Positions 17,476-26,661 of a DNA stretch of 64,000 bases are shown here, piece by piece. Positions within the stretch are counted from its first letter, which is position 1; each line of letters starts with the position of its first letter. The notes beneath the pieces were generated by a model. The model searched no databases. It was given only the letters and a program-made list of their open reading frames with translations, and had not been told where the DNA came from. The stretch comes from an uncultured Actinomycetes bacterium (GTDB lineage: Bacteria > Actinomycetota > Acidimicrobiia > IMCC26256 > DASPTH01): NCBI GenBank assembly GCA_963750045.1, contig CAVVPD010000009.1:72089-136088 (forward strand), in the 5' to 3' direction. The translations under genes and the position numbers were made by a program.

Positions 17476-18330
17476 ATGCTCCCCACGTTCGTGATCGGCC
17501 TGCGGGAGGGCCTCGAGGCGGCCCTCATCGTCGGCATCGTGGCCGCCTTCCTCCGCCAGCGGGGACGAGACGACGCGCTCCGGTGGATGTGGCTCGGTGT
17601 GCTGGGCGCGGTGGTGCTCTGCGCGGCGGTCGCCCTCGCGCTCCACGTGGCCGAGGAGAACCTGCCCCAGCGCGAGCAGGAACAACTCGAGACGGTCATC
17701 GCGCTCGCGGCCGTCGGGATGATCACCTGGATGATCGTCTGGATGCGCCGCCACTCGGCCGATCTCAGAGGAGACCTGCACCAGCGCGCCGAACTGGCAC
17801 TCATCGAGGGCTCGGCGCTCGGCCTCGTGGTGATGGCGTTCCTCGCCGTGCTGCGCGAGGGGCTCGAGACCTCGGTCTTCATGTTGGCGGCGTTCCAGCA
17901 GTCGGACCGCCCAGGACTCACCGGCACTGGGGCACTCCTCGGTGTCGCGGTGGCGGTGGTGCTCGGCTACCTCCTGTATCGCGGCGGCGTGAAGATCAAC
18001 CTCTCCAGGTTCTTCCGGGTCACCGGCGTGGTCCTCGTGCTGGTCGGTGCCGGGCTCCTCACGTTCGCGGTGCACACGGCCCACGAAGGGGGATGGTGGA
18101 ACCTCCTCCTCGACCGGTCGCTCGACCTGCGCGCGATCATCGACCCCGGCTCGGTGCAATCCGCGCTCATCACCGGCATGTTCGGCATCCAACCCGAGCC
18201 GACGTGGGGCGAGACCATCGCCTTCATCGCCTACGCGGTGCCGATGACCTTCTACGTGTGCCGTCCGGCGCCCCGACGGCCCGAGGCCACCACGCCGGCA
18301 CCGTCCGCGTCTGTCATCGAATCCGTCTGA
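17476..18330 (+). CDS. efeU: Iron permease, FTR1/EfeU family
   Basis: 284 aa with two REGLE motifs (GLREGLEAALIVG and VLREGLETSVFM) and multiple TM segments. Confidence 0.9.
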   Translation: MLPTFVIGLREGLEAALIVGIVAAFLRQRGRDDALRWMWLGVLGAVVLCAAVALALHVAEENLPQREQEQLETVIALAAVGMITWMIVWMRRHSADLRGDLHQRAELALIEGSALGLVVMAFLAVLREGLETSVFMLAAFQQSDRPGLTGTGALLGVAVAVVLGYLLYRGGVKINLSRFFRVTGVVLVLVGAGLLTFAVHTAHEGGWWNLLLDRSLDLRAIIDPGSVQSALITGMFGIQPEPTWGETIAFIAYAVPMTFYVCRPAPRRPEATTPAPSASVIESV

Positions 18331-18354
18331 AGCTCACCAGGAGGGAACCGCACG

Positions 18355-19477
18355 ATGCTCAAAACGATTGGTCGCGCCGCCACCCACACGGGAGTGCTCG
18401 CGGCCTTGTGTTGCACCACGCTGGTCGCAGGGCTGTCGGCCACCGCGGCCGCGGCGAAGACCGAGACCGTGAAGGTCGAGATCGACGACGACGGTTGCCC
18501 GGCCAAGCTGAAGGTCGAGGCCGGGGCCACGAATTTCAAGGTGAGCAACACGGGTTCGGGCGACGTGAGCGAGTTCGAAGTGCTCTCGGGGGACCGCATC
18601 ATCGGCGAGGTCGAGAACATCGCGCCCGGCCTCAACCGGGAGTTCTCGCTGACCCTGAAGGCGGGGAACTACAGCACCAAGTGCCCGGGTGGGTCGAAGC
18701 ACTCGACCGGCAAGCTGGTCGTCACCGGGGCGTCGGCGAAGCTCTCGGCGGCCGGCAAGGCCGCGGTCGAGCAGTACCGCACCTACCTGGAGGGCCAGAC
18801 CGCCGAACTGGTGACGGCCACCAGGGTCTTCACCGACGCCGTCGACCAAGGCGACCTCGAGCAGGCCAAGGCCCTGTACGCGCCGGCGCGCGGTCGCGTA
18901 CGAGCGCATCGAGCCCGTCGCCGAGACCTTCGGTGATCTCGACCCCGAGATCGACGCCCGCGAGGGTGACGTGCCGAAGCAGGACTGGGGCGGCTACCAC
19001 TACCTGGAGAAGCAGCTCTGGATCGACGGCACCACTGCAGGGCTCACCTCGTACACCAAGGCACTGAACGACAACGTGGCGACGCTGCAGAACATGGTGC
19101 GGGACGTCGACGTGCAACCCGGCACGATCGCGAACGGCGCGGTCGAGCTGTTGAACGAAGTGTCGGCGTCGAAGATCACGGGCGAGGAGGAGCGGTACTC
19201 GCACACCGACCTCGTCGACTTCGAGGCCAACGTACAGGGTTCGAAGGCCGCGTTCGACGCAGTGAAGCCGATCCTCGAGCACAAGGATCCGACGCTCGCG
19301 GCCAACGTCGACGCGAGGTTCGCCGCCGTCGACACCGCGCTCGCGCTGTACCGGACGGGCACGACGTTCGTGCTCTACACGGACCTCACCCGGGACGACA
19401 CCAAGGCACTGGCGCAGGCGATCGACGCGCTGGCCGAGCCGCTGTCGAAGGTGGGCAAGCAGGTCGTGGGGGCGTGA
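18355..19477 (+). pseudogene. efeO: Iron uptake system component EfeO (cupredoxin-like plus M75 domains), with one +1 frame break as assembled
   Basis: Signal/lipobox-like N-terminus and cupredoxin-like domain (KVEIDDDGCPAKLKVEAGATNFKVSNTG) are in ORF 18355..18936, which turns to junk after ...LYAPAR. The frame of ORF 18971..19477 continues VAYERIEPVAETFGDLDPEIDAREGDVPKQDWGGYHYLEKQLW... Length is 3n+1. The junction is about 18888-18895. Confidence 0.82.
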
Positions 19478-20703
19478 CCAGCTCCGTCAGCCGCCGCGCG
19501 TTCCTCGGTACGGCAGGGGCGGGAGCGCTGGCGGTCTCCGCGGCGTCGCTCGTGGCGGTGGAGGGCACCGCCGCGGCGGCGACTCGCGTCGCGGTTCCCT
19601 TTCACGGGCTCCATCAAGCGGGGATCGTGACGCCGGCGCAGGACCGGTTGCTGTTCGCGTCGTTCGACGTGATCACCGACGACCGCGACGATCTCGTGGG
19701 AATGCTGCAGGAATGGACGCGTGCGTCGCGCCGGATGACCGCCGGTCGCCCGGTGGGCACCGACAACAACGATCAGGACGCACCCCCCGACGACACCGGC
19801 GAGGCCGACGACCTGGACGCGGCCGCGCTCACGGTCACCTTCGGATTCGGCGCGTCGCTCTTCGACCGTGAGGGTGATCCGTTCCGGATCGCCACGCGCA
19901 AGCCGCCGGCGTTGGTGCCCATGCCGGTGTTCGCGGGCGACGAGATCGATCCCGCGCGCAGCGACGGTGATCTCGCGGTGCAGGCGTGTGCCGACGACCC
20001 GCAGGTGTGCTTCCACGCCATCCGCAACCTGACCCGCATCGGCCGCGGCATCGTGGCCCTGCGTTGGTCGCAGTCGGGGTTCGGGCGCACGTCGTCCACC
20101 GACTCGGCCCAGGCCACTCCTCGCAATCTCATGGGCTTCAAGGACGGCACCAACAACCTCGTCGCCGAGGACACTGCCCGCTTGGAGCAGCACGTCTGGG
20201 TGGCCGACACCGACGACCCGGCGTGGATGCGAGGCGGGAGCTACGTCGTCGCCCGGCGCATCCGCATGCTGCTCGAGGTGTGGGACCGCTCCACGCTGGC
20301 CGACCAAGAGCAGACCATCGGCCGGGTGAAGGGCAGCGGCGCCCCCCTCGGCGGCACCCGAGAGCACGATCCCGTGACCCTCGCGGCCAAGGCCGACGGC
20401 GAGCTCGTCGTCCCCGCCGACGGTCACATCCGTCTCGCCGCACCCGAGACGAACCACGGGATCCGGCTGTTGCGCCGCGGCTACTCGTTCACCGACGGTA
20501 TCGACCCCGTGACGAACCAGCTCGACGCCGGACTTTTCTTCATCGCCTACCAACGCGATCCGCGCCGAGGGTTCATACCGGTGCAGGAGAACCTCCGTAC
20601 CGACGCGCTCAACGAGTACATCCGCCACAACGGCTCGGCGGTGTTCGCGGTCCCTCCGGGTGTGGACCCAGGCGGTTTCGTGGGTCAGTCGCTCTTCACC
20701 TGA
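19474..20703 (+). CDS. efeB: Dyp-type peroxidase / deferrochelatase EfeB, with a Tat signal
   Basis: GTG 19474 overlaps the efeO stop (GTGA). Twin-arginine motif SRRAFLGTAGAG is present. Dyp motifs include GFKDGTNN and RRGYSF. Confidence 0.9.
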   Translation: MTSSVSRRAFLGTAGAGALAVSAASLVAVEGTAAAATRVAVPFHGLHQAGIVTPAQDRLLFASFDVITDDRDDLVGMLQEWTRASRRMTAGRPVGTDNNDQDAPPDDTGEADDLDAAALTVTFGFGASLFDREGDPFRIATRKPPALVPMPVFAGDEIDPARSDGDLAVQACADDPQVCFHAIRNLTRIGRGIVALRWSQSGFGRTSSTDSAQATPRNLMGFKDGTNNLVAEDTARLEQHVWVADTDDPAWMRGGSYVVARRIRMLLEVWDRSTLADQEQTIGRVKGSGAPLGGTREHDPVTLAAKADGELVVPADGHIRLAAPETNHGIRLLRRGYSFTDGIDPVTNQLDAGLFFIAYQRDPRRGFIPVQENLRTDALNEYIRHNGSAVFAVPPGVDPGGFVGQSLFT

Positions 20704-20727
20704 ACCGGCTTCTGCGGGAATTCCGAG

Positions 20728-20862
20728 GCGTGCCCAGCGCTCATCCCGGGCCGACGAACCGACCGGCGATCTCGACACCAAGACCGGTCGCGTGATCGTG
20801 GGCCTGCTGCACGGCCGCGCCCGGGCCGGGCGTCGCCGACCGGGTGGACGCGGTCCCGAACT
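20728..20862 (+). pseudogene. Degenerate relic of an ABC-transporter ATPase (Walker B / D-loop region only)
   Basis: Bases 20750..20815 translate to ADEPTGDLDTKTGRVIVGLLHG, the Walker B/D-loop consensus (ADEPTGNLDSKTG...LL). Neighbouring frames give only fragments (ALIPG upstream, ADRV downstream). No start, Walker A or signature motif is present. Confidence 0.5.
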
Positions 20863-20905
20863 GAGGCACCGGCGCCGGGGCGTCGGTAGATTGCGCTCCG
20901 ACATC

Positions 20906-21310
20906 ATGGCTGCGCACCGTCCCGTCCCGCTCCCCACACCCGAGACCTCGGAGTTCTGGGCGGGCACGCGCGTCGGTGAGCTGCGGTTCCAGCGGTGCCG
21001 GTCGTGCCGTCACGCCTACCTGCCGCCCCGCCCGTGGTGCCCGGCGTGCGCTTCGGCGGACGTCGAGGTGGAGGTGGCCTCGGGCGAGGGACGGGTCGTG
21101 AGCGCCGTGGTGTCGCACCTGCCCGCGCCCGGCTTCGAGACGCCCTTCGTGCTCGCGGTCGTCGAGCTCGCCGAGGGACCCCGACTGCTGACCGACATCG
21201 TGAACGTGGCCCCCGCGCTCGACCGGGTGCCTCCCGGGCTCGCGGTCGAGGTGCTGTTCGAGCCGGTCGAGGACCAGGTGGTCGCGTTGTTCCAGCCGCG
21301 GTCGGTCTGA
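20906..21310 (+). CDS. DUF35 (Zn-ribbon plus OB-fold) protein, thiolase partner
   Basis: ATG 20906 is in frame with ORF 20660..21310. Contains SEFWAGTRVGELRFQRCRSCRHAYLPPRPWCPACAS (rubredoxin-like CxxC...CxxC) followed by an OB-fold-like segment. Confidence 0.82.
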   Translation: MAAHRPVPLPTPETSEFWAGTRVGELRFQRCRSCRHAYLPPRPWCPACASADVEVEVASGEGRVVSAVVSHLPAPGFETPFVLAVVELAEGPRLLTDIVNVAPALDRVPPGLAVEVLFEPVEDQVVALFQPRSV

Positions 21311-21312
21311 AG

Positions 21313-22464
21313 GTGTCACCGCCTCCCGTGTCTGCGCTCGCGATCGTCGGGGCGGCGGAGAGCACCGAGATCGGGCGCGTGCCGACGCAGTCGGCGCTGG
21401 GTCTCGCCGTCGACGCCGCCCGCCGCGCGCTGGATGATTGTGGCCTCGCGCCGGCCGACGTCGACGGTGTCGCCTCGGCTGGGCTCGTGCCGTACCTGCC
21501 CGTGCAGCTCGCCGCCGCACTCGGCATCGAACCGCGCTGGGTCGACGCGACGATGGTGGGCGGTTGCTCCAACCTGGTCCATGTGCGCCATGCGGCGGCG
21601 GCGATCGCCGCCGGCCACTGCGAGGTGGTCCTCGTCGCCCACGGGGAGAGCGGTCGCTCCCGGATCGGCGGGCCGGCCTACCGGGTCGCGCCCGACTCCT
21701 GGACCGGCCAATTCGAGCTGCCGTTCGGCACTGCGGGACCGATGACCTTGCTGTCGCTCGGAACCCAGCAGTTCCTGCACGACCGGGGGCTCGACGCGGC
21801 CGCGTTGGCCCGGGTGGTCGTGACCGAGCGTGACTGGGCGGGCCGCAATCCGCGGGCGCTCCGACGCGATCCGGTAAGCCTCGACGACGTCCTCGCGGCC
21901 CCGCCGGTGGCCGAGCCCTACACGCGGCCCATGTGCTGCGTCGTCACCGACGCCGGCGGCGCAGTCGTGCTGACGTCGCTCGAGCGCGCCCGCGACCTGC
22001 GTCGCCCACCGGTGCGCCTGTTGGGCGCGGGCGAGGCGACCGGCCCCGTCCTCGTCAGCCAGATGCCCGACCTCACGTCGTCGGGCGCCTTCCGGCGATC
22101 GGGCGCCGCCGCCTTCACCGAGGCGGGTCTGGCGCCTGCGGACGTCGACCACGCGATGCTCTACGACGCGTTGGCCGTGCTGCCGCTCATGGCCCTCGAA
22201 GACCTCGGCTTCGTGGCCCGGGGCGAGTCCGGCGCGTTCTGGGCCGAGGGTCAGACCGCGGCCGGCGGACGCCTGCCGGTCAACACCACCGGTGGCGGCC
22301 TCAGCTACACGCACTCCGGCATGTACGGCATCTACGCGATGCTGGAATCCGTCCGCCAACTGCGCGGAGAGGCCGCCGCGCAGGTCGAGGGGTTGCAGAC
22401 TTCGGTGGTCCACGCCATCGGCGGGATGTTCCAGGCCGCGGCGACGCTCGTGCTGGCCCGGTAG
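21313..22464 (+). CDS. Thiolase-like (SCP-x/lipid-transfer type) protein
   Basis: GTG 21313 is 3 nt after the DUF35 stop and in frame with ORF 20995..22464. Contains LAIVGAAESTEIGRVP, GGCSNLVHVRHAAAAIAAGHCEVVLVAHGE and NTTGGGLSYTHSGMYG, typical of non-acetoacetyl thiolase-like proteins paired with DUF35. Confidence 0.8.
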   Translation: MSPPPVSALAIVGAAESTEIGRVPTQSALGLAVDAARRALDDCGLAPADVDGVASAGLVPYLPVQLAAALGIEPRWVDATMVGGCSNLVHVRHAAAAIAAGHCEVVLVAHGESGRSRIGGPAYRVAPDSWTGQFELPFGTAGPMTLLSLGTQQFLHDRGLDAAALARVVVTERDWAGRNPRALRRDPVSLDDVLAAPPVAEPYTRPMCCVVTDAGGAVVLTSLERARDLRRPPVRLLGAGEATGPVLVSQMPDLTSSGAFRRSGAAAFTEAGLAPADVDHAMLYDALAVLPLMALEDLGFVARGESGAFWAEGQTAAGGRLPVNTTGGGLSYTHSGMYGIYAMLESVRQLRGEAAAQVEGLQTSVVHAIGGMFQAAATLVLAR

Positions 22465-22490
22465 CCGGCGACGGTCGGTAGGATCCGCGC

Positions 22491-23159
22491 GTGTCGGAGA
22501 TCTGCATGCTGAACGCCTTGTGGTTCCGTTCGGACGGTGGAGCGGAGCGCTACGGGGAGTACGGCGCCGCGGTCGTGCCGATCCTTGCCGACGTCGGCGC
22601 CGAACTGTTGTTCCCGTCACTCCCGGTCGCGCAGTCGCTCGAAGGGGGGTTCGATCCGGATCTGCTGGTGTTCGTGCGGTACCCCTCGCTCGAGGCGTTC
22701 GACGCGATGTGGCAGAGCGACGCCTACCGGGCCGTCGCGCACCTCCGGACCGAGGCGATCGCGCATGCCGTGTTGACCCGCTGTCGGATCGAGCCCGAAG
22801 ACGCGCCCTCGGTCCGGGCGCTCGCGCCGGGAATCGTGGTGCTCAACTGCTTGTGGTTCTCGCCCGGAGGATCGGCGCGCTACGACGACTATCTCCGGGC
22901 CGCACAACCACTGGTCGAGCGACACGGGGGTGGGTTCGTGTCGCCGCGGCTCTCGCCCGTGCAGGCCCTCGGCGACGACTTCGTTCCCGATCTCGTCTTC
23001 CTCGGTCAGTACCCGTCGGCCGACGCGGTGTTCGAACTGGTGGCCGACCCGGACTACGCGGCGCCGGCGGCGATCCGGACCGCAGCGGTCGCCCGCTCCG
23101 CGACGACGCTGTTGCGCGTCGACGCCGCCGGCGCCCCGCGACCGGGGGCCGCGGAGTAG
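22491..23159 (+). CDS. Protein with two tandem DUF1330 domains
   Basis: 222 aa. Two similar halves are visible (CMLNALWFRSDGGAERYGEYGAAVVPILADVG...FVRYPSLEAFDAMWQSDAY and VVLNCLWFSPGGSARYDDYLRAAQPLVERHG...LGQYPSADAVFELVADPDY). Confidence 0.7.
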   Translation: MSEICMLNALWFRSDGGAERYGEYGAAVVPILADVGAELLFPSLPVAQSLEGGFDPDLLVFVRYPSLEAFDAMWQSDAYRAVAHLRTEAIAHAVLTRCRIEPEDAPSVRALAPGIVVLNCLWFSPGGSARYDDYLRAAQPLVERHGGGFVSPRLSPVQALGDDFVPDLVFLGQYPSADAVFELVADPDYAAPAAIRTAAVARSATTLLRVDAAGAPRPGAAE

Positions 23160-23258
23160 CGCCCGTGGCGGCAGCGAGTTCGGCGACGTTCGGGGTCGAA
23201 GGCGTACGGGATTGTGGGAGGATGCCCGGCCACGGCGGGATCGGAGAGGGACGGAACG

Positions 23259-24296
23259 ATGCAGCGTTTCGAGGAGCTCGGGTTCTACACGCTGGCGGGT
23301 GCACCGGACTCGACGCGTGCCCTCGTCGACGAGGTGCGCGACGCCGAGACGCTGGGGCTCGGCCACGCGTTCATCTCGGAGCGACTCAACGTCAAGGAGG
23401 CCGCGACCGTCTCGGGTGCGGTCGGCGCAGTCAGCACCGAGATCGCCATCGCCACCGCCGCCACCAACCACAACACCCGCCACCCGACGCTCATGGCGGC
23501 GTATGCGACCACGATGCACAGCCTCACCGGGGGACGGTTCACACTGGGGATCGGTCGAGGCTTCGACCGCATGTTCGACGCCATGGGCCTCCCGCACGTC
23601 ACCACCGCGCAGATGGAGGACTGGGCCGGGATCATGCGCCGGCTGTGGCAGGGCGAGATGATCCTCGGGCACGACGGGCCCGCGGGGGCGTGGCCCTACC
23701 TCAACCTCGACGCGGTCGAAGGACTCGACATCCCGCTCGGGCTCGTCGCGTTCGGGCCGAACTCGCTCGCGCTCGGAGGGCGGGCGTTCGACCAGGTCGT
23801 CCTCCACACGTTCTTCACCGACGAGACCACGGCGCGCTGCGTGCGCACGGTGAGGACGGCTGCCGAGCAGTCCGGGCGCGATCCTGATTCGGTGGAGGTG
23901 TGGTCGTGCTTCGCCACCGTGGGCGACCACATCGCGCCCGACCTCCGCCTGAAGAAGACGGTCGGTCGCCTGGCGAGCTACCTGCAGGGCTACGGCGATC
24001 TGCTCGTGCGCACCAACGACTGGGATCCGGCCGCGCTCGAGCGCTTCCGCAGCGACGGGCTCATCGCGGACTTCGTGGGCTCGATCGACGGCAAGGCCAC
24101 CAACGATGAGCTCGAGCACATCGCGACACTCATCCCGGACGAGTGGCTGGCGCCGATGGCGGCGGGATCACCGGAGCAGTGCGTCGCCGCCGTGCGCAAC
24201 CAGTTCGCGCTCGGTTGTGACGGCGTCATCCTCCACGGCGCCAACCCGACGGAGTTGACCCCGGTCGTGGAGGCATACGCCGCGGTCGGTCGTTGA
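23259..24296 (+). CDS. LLM-class (luciferase-like) flavin/F420-dependent oxidoreductase
   Basis: ATG 23259 is preceded by GGAGAGGGA. Contains FYTLAGAP...LGLGHAFISERLNVKEA...GGRFTLGIGRGF, typical of luciferase-like monooxygenase-fold proteins. F420 dependence is only a family-level guess. Confidence 0.78.
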   Translation: MQRFEELGFYTLAGAPDSTRALVDEVRDAETLGLGHAFISERLNVKEAATVSGAVGAVSTEIAIATAATNHNTRHPTLMAAYATTMHSLTGGRFTLGIGRGFDRMFDAMGLPHVTTAQMEDWAGIMRRLWQGEMILGHDGPAGAWPYLNLDAVEGLDIPLGLVAFGPNSLALGGRAFDQVVLHTFFTDETTARCVRTVRTAAEQSGRDPDSVEVWSCFATVGDHIAPDLRLKKTVGRLASYLQGYGDLLVRTNDWDPAALERFRSDGLIADFVGSIDGKATNDELEHIATLIPDEWLAPMAAGSPEQCVAAVRNQFALGCDGVILHGANPTELTPVVEAYAAVGR

Positions 24297-24322
24297 CGTC
24301 GAGCACACGCTCGAGGCGCGAG

Positions 24323-24351
24323 CAGGGCCAGGATCGCGGATCCTGGCCCTG
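24323..24351. terminator. Perfect 13-bp GC-rich hairpin between convergent genes (candidate bidirectional terminator)
   Basis: CAGGGCCAGGATC-GCG-GATCCTGGCCCTG lies between the LLM gene stop (24296) and the 3' end of tRNA-Ser (24365). There is no U-tract. Confidence 0.55.
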
Positions 24352-24364
24352 ACCTGCGCCCAGA

Positions 24365-24452
24365 TGGCGGAGGGACTGGGATTTGAACCCAGGGTGACTT
24401 GCGCCACAATGGTTTTCGAGACCATCCGATTCGGCCGCTCTCGCATCCCTCC
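24365..24452 (-). tRNA. tRNA-Ser (anticodon CGA), with encoded CCA
   Basis: Reverse complement is GGAGGGAUGCGAGAGCGGCCGAAUCGGAUGGUCUCGAAAACCAUUGUGGCGCAAGUCACCCUGGGUUCAAAUCCCAGUCCCUCCGCCA. It has a 7-bp acceptor stem, anticodon loop CU-CGA-AA, a long variable arm and a GGUUCAAAUCC T-loop. Confidence 0.93.
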
Positions 24453-24465
24453 CGAGCCGGACATC

Positions 24466-24937
24466 CTACCGGTCGTCGCCCGCTCGCCGGGCGGCGAAGA
24501 ACTCTCGGAGGAGCGTCGCCGACTCCTCGTCCCGCACCCCGTCGTGCACCTCGATGGTGTGGTTGAGCCGGGGATCCGACCCGAGGTGGTACAGGCTCCC
24601 GAGCGCGCCGGCCTTCGGATCGGCGGCGCCGAAGACGACGACGGGGATGCGCGCCGACAGCGCAGCGCCCGCGCACATCGGGCACGGCTCGAGCGTCACG
24701 ACCAGTACGCAGTCGTCGAGGCGCCAACCGTCGCGGCTCGCGGCGGCCTCGACCAGCACGAGCATCTCCGCGTGCGCGGTGGGGTCGCCCCGCAGCTCGC
24801 GTTCGTTGTGCGCGGCGCGCCAGGATCGTGCCGTCGCGTCGTGCCACGACCGCGCCGATGGGGACGTCACCGTGGGCAACGGCTGCACGCGCCTCTTGGA
24901 GCGCGATGCCCATCAACGCGTCATGGTCGATCGGCAT
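24466..24937 (-). pseudogene. tadA: tRNA-specific adenosine deaminase TadA, with one +1 frame break as assembled
   Basis: The N-terminus MPIDHDALMGIALQEARAAVAHGDVPIGAVVARRDGTILA is in the frame of ORF 23990..26272 (ATG at 24937). The catalytic core HNERELRGDPTAHAEMLVL...TLEPCPMCAGAAL (HAE / PCxxC zinc motifs) is in ORF 24466..24888. Length is 3n+1. The junction is about 24809-24822, inside GGCGCGCCGCGC. Confidence 0.85.
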
Positions 24938-24945
24938 CGATTGCG

Positions 24946-26661
24946 CTAGGTCTCTTCGACGAAGCCGCTGGCAGCGTCCGGGGATGCGAGCACGTGCTTG
25001 AGCACCTTGCCGCTGGCGTTGTGGGGGAGCTGGTCGCGGAACTCGACCCGGCTCGGCACCTTGAAGCCCGCGAGCGCGGCGGCGACCCATGCCTTGACGT
25101 CGTCGTCGGTGAGCGTGCCGGGCGTGTGCGGTACGACGACCGCGACGACCTCCTGGCCGAGCCTCGGATGGTCGGCACCGATGACCGCGACCTCGGCGAC
25201 GTCCGGGTGCTCGAACAGCCGGTTCTCGATCTCGATCGGCGAGATGTTCTCGCCGCCGCGGATGATGAGGTCCTGGCGCCGGCCCTCGAGGTGCACGTAG
25301 CCGTCGCGGATCACGCCGTAGTCGCCGGTGCGGTACCAGCGGTCCTCGTCGAGGGCCTTGGCGGTCGCTTCGGGGTTGCGCCAGTACCCGAGGAAGCACG
25401 AAGCGCCGCGCACACAGATCTCGCCGACCTCTCCCTCGGGCAGCACCTTGTCGGTCTCGGGATCGCGCACCTGCACCTGCATCGTGGCCGACGCCGTGCC
25501 GATGCTCTCGGCGTGCCGCAGCTCGGGCCCGGGCCGGAGCGTGCAGCCGAGGCCGGTGGTCTCGGTGCTGCCGTACCCGAGAGCCGTCCCGGCCCTGGCC
25601 GTCGGGATCCGCTCGGCCAGGGTGCGCAGGAGCTCGGGGGGCCACACCGCGCTTCCGCCCCCGACGTTGCGCACGGACGACGTGTCGTAGCGGTCGAGGT
25701 CGGGAAAATCGAGGATCCGCCACAGTTGCGTCGGCACCAGCGCCCAGGTGGTCGCGCCGTGGCGCTCGCTCAACCGCAGGTGGGTCTCCTCCTGCCAGCG
25801 ACCCGGCGGCGGGTACACGATCGCGTTGCCCATCATCGTGGCCGCGACCAACTGGCAGTTGAGCCCGGCGATGTGGAACATCGGGGCGGCCGAGATCATC
25901 ACCGAACGCTCGGGCGGCGGCGCGACCGACACGCCGTTCTCCAGGTCGGTCATCATCGCCACGCCGCCGTTCAACATCGACGCCATCAGGAAGTGGATGT
26001 TGCTGCGGTGCGACAGCATCACGCCCTTGGGGCGCCCTGTGGTGCCGCTGGTGAAGAGGATGACGAAGGGATCGTCCTCGTCGATGGCGATCGCGGGGAA
26101 TTCGACGCCCGGCGCGTGCTGTTCGAGCTCGGCGAAGTCGCGCTCGAACTCGACGACCGGCATGCCCGCGGGCAGCTCGATGCCGTCGAGACGTTCGAGG
26201 CGGCGCTGGTCGCCGAGGAGGACCTTGGGCTCGGTGAGCTCGACCGCGTACGCGATCTCCTCGCCGGTCCACCAGCCGTTGAGCCCGACCGTGATCGCGC
26301 CGAGCGCCGTGGCCGCCCAGAACGTGAGCGCGTACTCGATGGTGTTCGGCGCCACGATCGCGACACGGTCGCCGGGTCCGATCCCGTAGCGGTCGCGCAA
26401 CGCGGCGGCCACCGACGCGATCGGCGCCAGGATCTCGGCGAAGGTGTACTCGCGGTCGGGGAAGATCACGTACGGGCGGTCGCCCATGCGCTCGACCGCA
26501 CCGTGCAGCAGCTCGACGAGCGTCCTCGGCCGGTTCGCGAACACCAGCATGGGCGCGCCGAGCACGTCTTCCTCGCAGAGCTCGAACGGCGCGCCCGGTC
26601 CCGTGAGCGCGCTGAGGACGGATTCGGGGACGGCCTCCGACGGCCAGACGAGCGTGGTCAC
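24946..26661 (-). CDS. AMP-dependent acyl-CoA synthetase/ligase
   Basis: GTG 26661 overlaps the upstream stop (GTGA). Contains ILFTSGTTGRPKGVMLSH, GYGSTET, TGDYG and HNASGKVLK adenylate-forming motifs. The upstream ~215 codons of ORF 24946..27309 overlap the amidohydrolase gene in another frame. Confidence 0.85.
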   Translation of the reverse strand: MTTLVWPSEAVPESVLSALTGPGAPFELCEEDVLGAPMLVFANRPRTLVELLHGAVERMGDRPYVIFPDREYTFAEILAPIASVAAALRDRYGIGPGDRVAIVAPNTIEYALTFWAATALGAITVGLNGWWTGEEIAYAVELTEPKVLLGDQRRLERLDGIELPAGMPVVEFERDFAELEQHAPGVEFPAIAIDEDDPFVILFTSGTTGRPKGVMLSHRSNIHFLMASMLNGGVAMMTDLENGVSVAPPPERSVMISAAPMFHIAGLNCQLVAATMMGNAIVYPPPGRWQEETHLRLSERHGATTWALVPTQLWRILDFPDLDRYDTSSVRNVGGGSAVWPPELLRTLAERIPTARAGTALGYGSTETTGLGCTLRPGPELRHAESIGTASATMQVQVRDPETDKVLPEGEVGEICVRGASCFLGYWRNPEATAKALDEDRWYRTGDYGVIRDGYVHLEGRRQDLIIRGGENISPIEIENRLFEHPDVAEVAVIGADHPRLGQEVVAVVVPHTPGTLTDDDVKAWVAAALAGFKVPSRVEFRDQLPHNASGKVLKHVLASPDAASGFVEET

